This document shows positions 61,841 through 64,000 of a stretch of 64,000 nt of DNA, piece by piece. The first letter of the stretch is position 1; every line of letters starts with the position of its first letter. Origin of the DNA: Heterodontus francisci (Eukaryota); assembly GCF_036365525.1 (NCBI RefSeq), contig NC_090399.1:31466430-31530429 (forward strand), read 5' to 3'. A program made the translations under genes and the position numbers. Under the pieces are notes generated by a model, which was not told where the DNA came from, made no database searches, and saw only the letters and a program-made list of their open reading frames with translations.

Positions 61841-62029
61841 TAGATTTTCTGTTGTTTTCATAGCTCTTCAGTAGGTGCCGTTTCTGTCTGGTTCTACACA
61901 ATGGCTCAGTAACTGGTATCTGAAATTCTGTGGAGCAGGAAAGTCTCCTGTTCAATCACCGGTTTATGCTGCGTTCTCTGGTCTCGGGAGACATCAGGTG
62001 CTGCCGTCACCAGGCTAGCGACATGAAGA

Positions 62030-62465
62030 GCTTGCATTTCTAACACGCTTTCACCCACCTCAGGACGTCCCAAAGTGCTTTACAGCCAATGAACTACCTT
62101 TAAAGTGAAGTCACTGTCGGAAACGTGGCAACCAAATTGCGTACAGCAAGCTCTCACATCCAGCAATATGATAATGACCAGATGACATGTTTTTCCAATG
62201 ATGTTGATTGTGGGGTAGTATTCACAAGAACACCAGGGAGAACTCCTCTGCTACACTTCAAAATAGTGCTGCCGCATCTTTCACATCTGCCTGAGAAGGC
62301 AGGAGGGGCCTTGGTCTCATCTGAAATACGGGACCTCCAACAGTGCAGCGCTCCCTCAGTACCGCACTGAAGTGTCAGCCTGGAGTGTTGTGCTGTTACT
62401 CCTGGAGTGGGACTTAAACCCACGAACACGGACTCAGAAATAAGAGTGAGCCATGGCTGACACTC
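62030..62465 (-). mobile_element. DeuSINE (SacSINE1-like)
   Basis: Reverse strand tttaagtcccactccagga...gtactgagggagcgctgcactg. Confidence 0.65.
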
Positions 62466-64000
62466 TACATGAGAAAATAGCCATTGTTTCAACTGCTAGG
62501 TATCCCAGGGAAACCCAGCTGTAGAGAGCACATGTCTGCATGCCTGCTGAAGCTGATATTGGGTTCAGCTGCAATGCCTGTTGGAATAGGAGGCTGTTAC
62601 TCTTGCTGCTTAGCATTGTGCCATAGTGAGCACTGATTACCCATGGAGTTATGTCCCAACACAAACCAGCACCATCAGAAGAGGGATAATAGTATGTCTC
62701 TTGCATTGTACCATGACTCTGATCCATTGATTGTTTCTGAGAGTAAGTGAGTGGCTCCATTTGAACCCACACTTTCTAACCATTGTCATCTCTTCAAATC
62801 GTATCCACATGTAGTTTTTTGGTCAGGCTTTTTAGCGCTCATCAAACCATGTGAGGGTCACTGCCGTGGAATGGAAAGCTTTTCCGCTGTTATACTTTGC
62901 GACACTAAGCACTCTGCAGGTCCATTACAGCAGCCTTTTGGGGACAGGCTGGGAGGCGGGAAGGCGGTAGGTGGTGTGCCCATCATCGTCCTGTCGCCAT
63001 GCCATTTTGCCAGTAACAGGAAAGTTGGCAGACAGCCTGCCACCCGCCCGCATGGAGCCCAATTGAGCTACTTAAATGGCCAATTAAGGGCCTCTTCCCG
63101 ACTCCACTGACATTTTACCAGCTGCTGTTGGTTGGCCCTCTACCGTGTGAGGAGGCCATCCAGTGAAAACTGGCGGCCTGCTGGCAGGCTCCATGAACAG
63201 AGGGATGCCTACTTTTTTGGCACTCATTGGCCCACGGAGTGGGCCCCTGGAGGCTATGGCCACTGTCGCGGCAACTGCACCACCTGCCCTCCGTGACCCC
63301 CCCTTCATCCCACCCGGTGACCCCTGACCCTACTTACCTGACAGTGAGGTCACCCTCATCCAATAGGTGCATCCCCAGTGGCCTCCGCTAACAGTGGCAC
63401 TACTTAATTAATGCACTTAATTGGCTGCCACCAACAAAATGCGGCCCTGGGTGCAGTGCCCACCAAAGCGGAGTGCCCTCCCCCACCCCCTAAACAGCTG
63501 CTTTTGGTCGCAGTGGCGGGGCCCCTGCCACCTACAGAAATTTCTGATCACGGTTTCAGGGCAATGACCTCTCATCCTTTCAGATTTCCAGCATCCACAG
63601 TATTTTGCTCGGTTTAGTTATAGAGTGAATCCCCCTCTGCACTGTCCCATCAAAGACTCCCAGGGCAGGTACAGCACAGGTTAAATACAGAGTAAAGCTC
63701 CCTCTACACTGTCCCTGTCAAACAATACATCATATTTACATAGAATTTACAGCACAGAAACATTCGGCCCAACTGTTCTATGTTTATGCTCCACACAAGC
63801 CTCCTCTCACCCTTCTTCATTTCACCCATCAGCACATCCCTTCTCCCTCAGCTGCTTATCCCTGAAGTGCATCTATGCTGTTCACCTCAGGCACCCCATG
63901 TGCTTGTGAGTTCCACATTCTCACCACATTGCTGTATTATTGTGCAGAAACAAGCCAACTACATTGGCAATGCTATTGAAGGAGCTCAGTGCCAGACTGT

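Noticed and set aside
62930-63550. GC-rich segment (similar ones at about 22.7 and 51.5-52.0 kb) as a CpG island or exon
   Set aside because: No coherent ORF or splice pair. It looks like a decayed non-autonomous repeat, but I could not define its termini, so it is left uncalled.

Overview
Repeat-dense vertebrate DNA whose repeat set (V-SINE/HE1-like and DeuSINE-like SINEs; CR1, L2, RTE, Tx1/L1 and Penelope LINEs; Gmr1-like Gypsy LTRs) points to a shark. The main host gene was assembled by hand on the minus strand (ATG 14418 to stop 599). It has 11 phase-compatible GT-AG exons and encodes about 504 aa. It is an NKp30/NCR3-family receptor with a leader exon, three tandem non-rearranging VJ-type Ig domains, and a TM exon that lacks the NKp30 Arg but carries a central Glu. 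Five 19-44 nt cytoplasmic micro-exons and a terminal exon with an ITAM-like YxxL-x7-YxxV motif follow. From about 16.7 to 49.7 kb the DNA is almost all nested retroelements, and several junctions can be resolved by target-site duplications. Many Penelope-derived fragments carry minimal hammerhead-ribozyme-like cores. Around 49.8-51.5 kb lies a probable promoter and non-coding first exons of an unidentified plus-strand gene. All gene models come from sequence inspection only and need RNA-seq confirmation. TE boundaries without a stated TSD are approximate.
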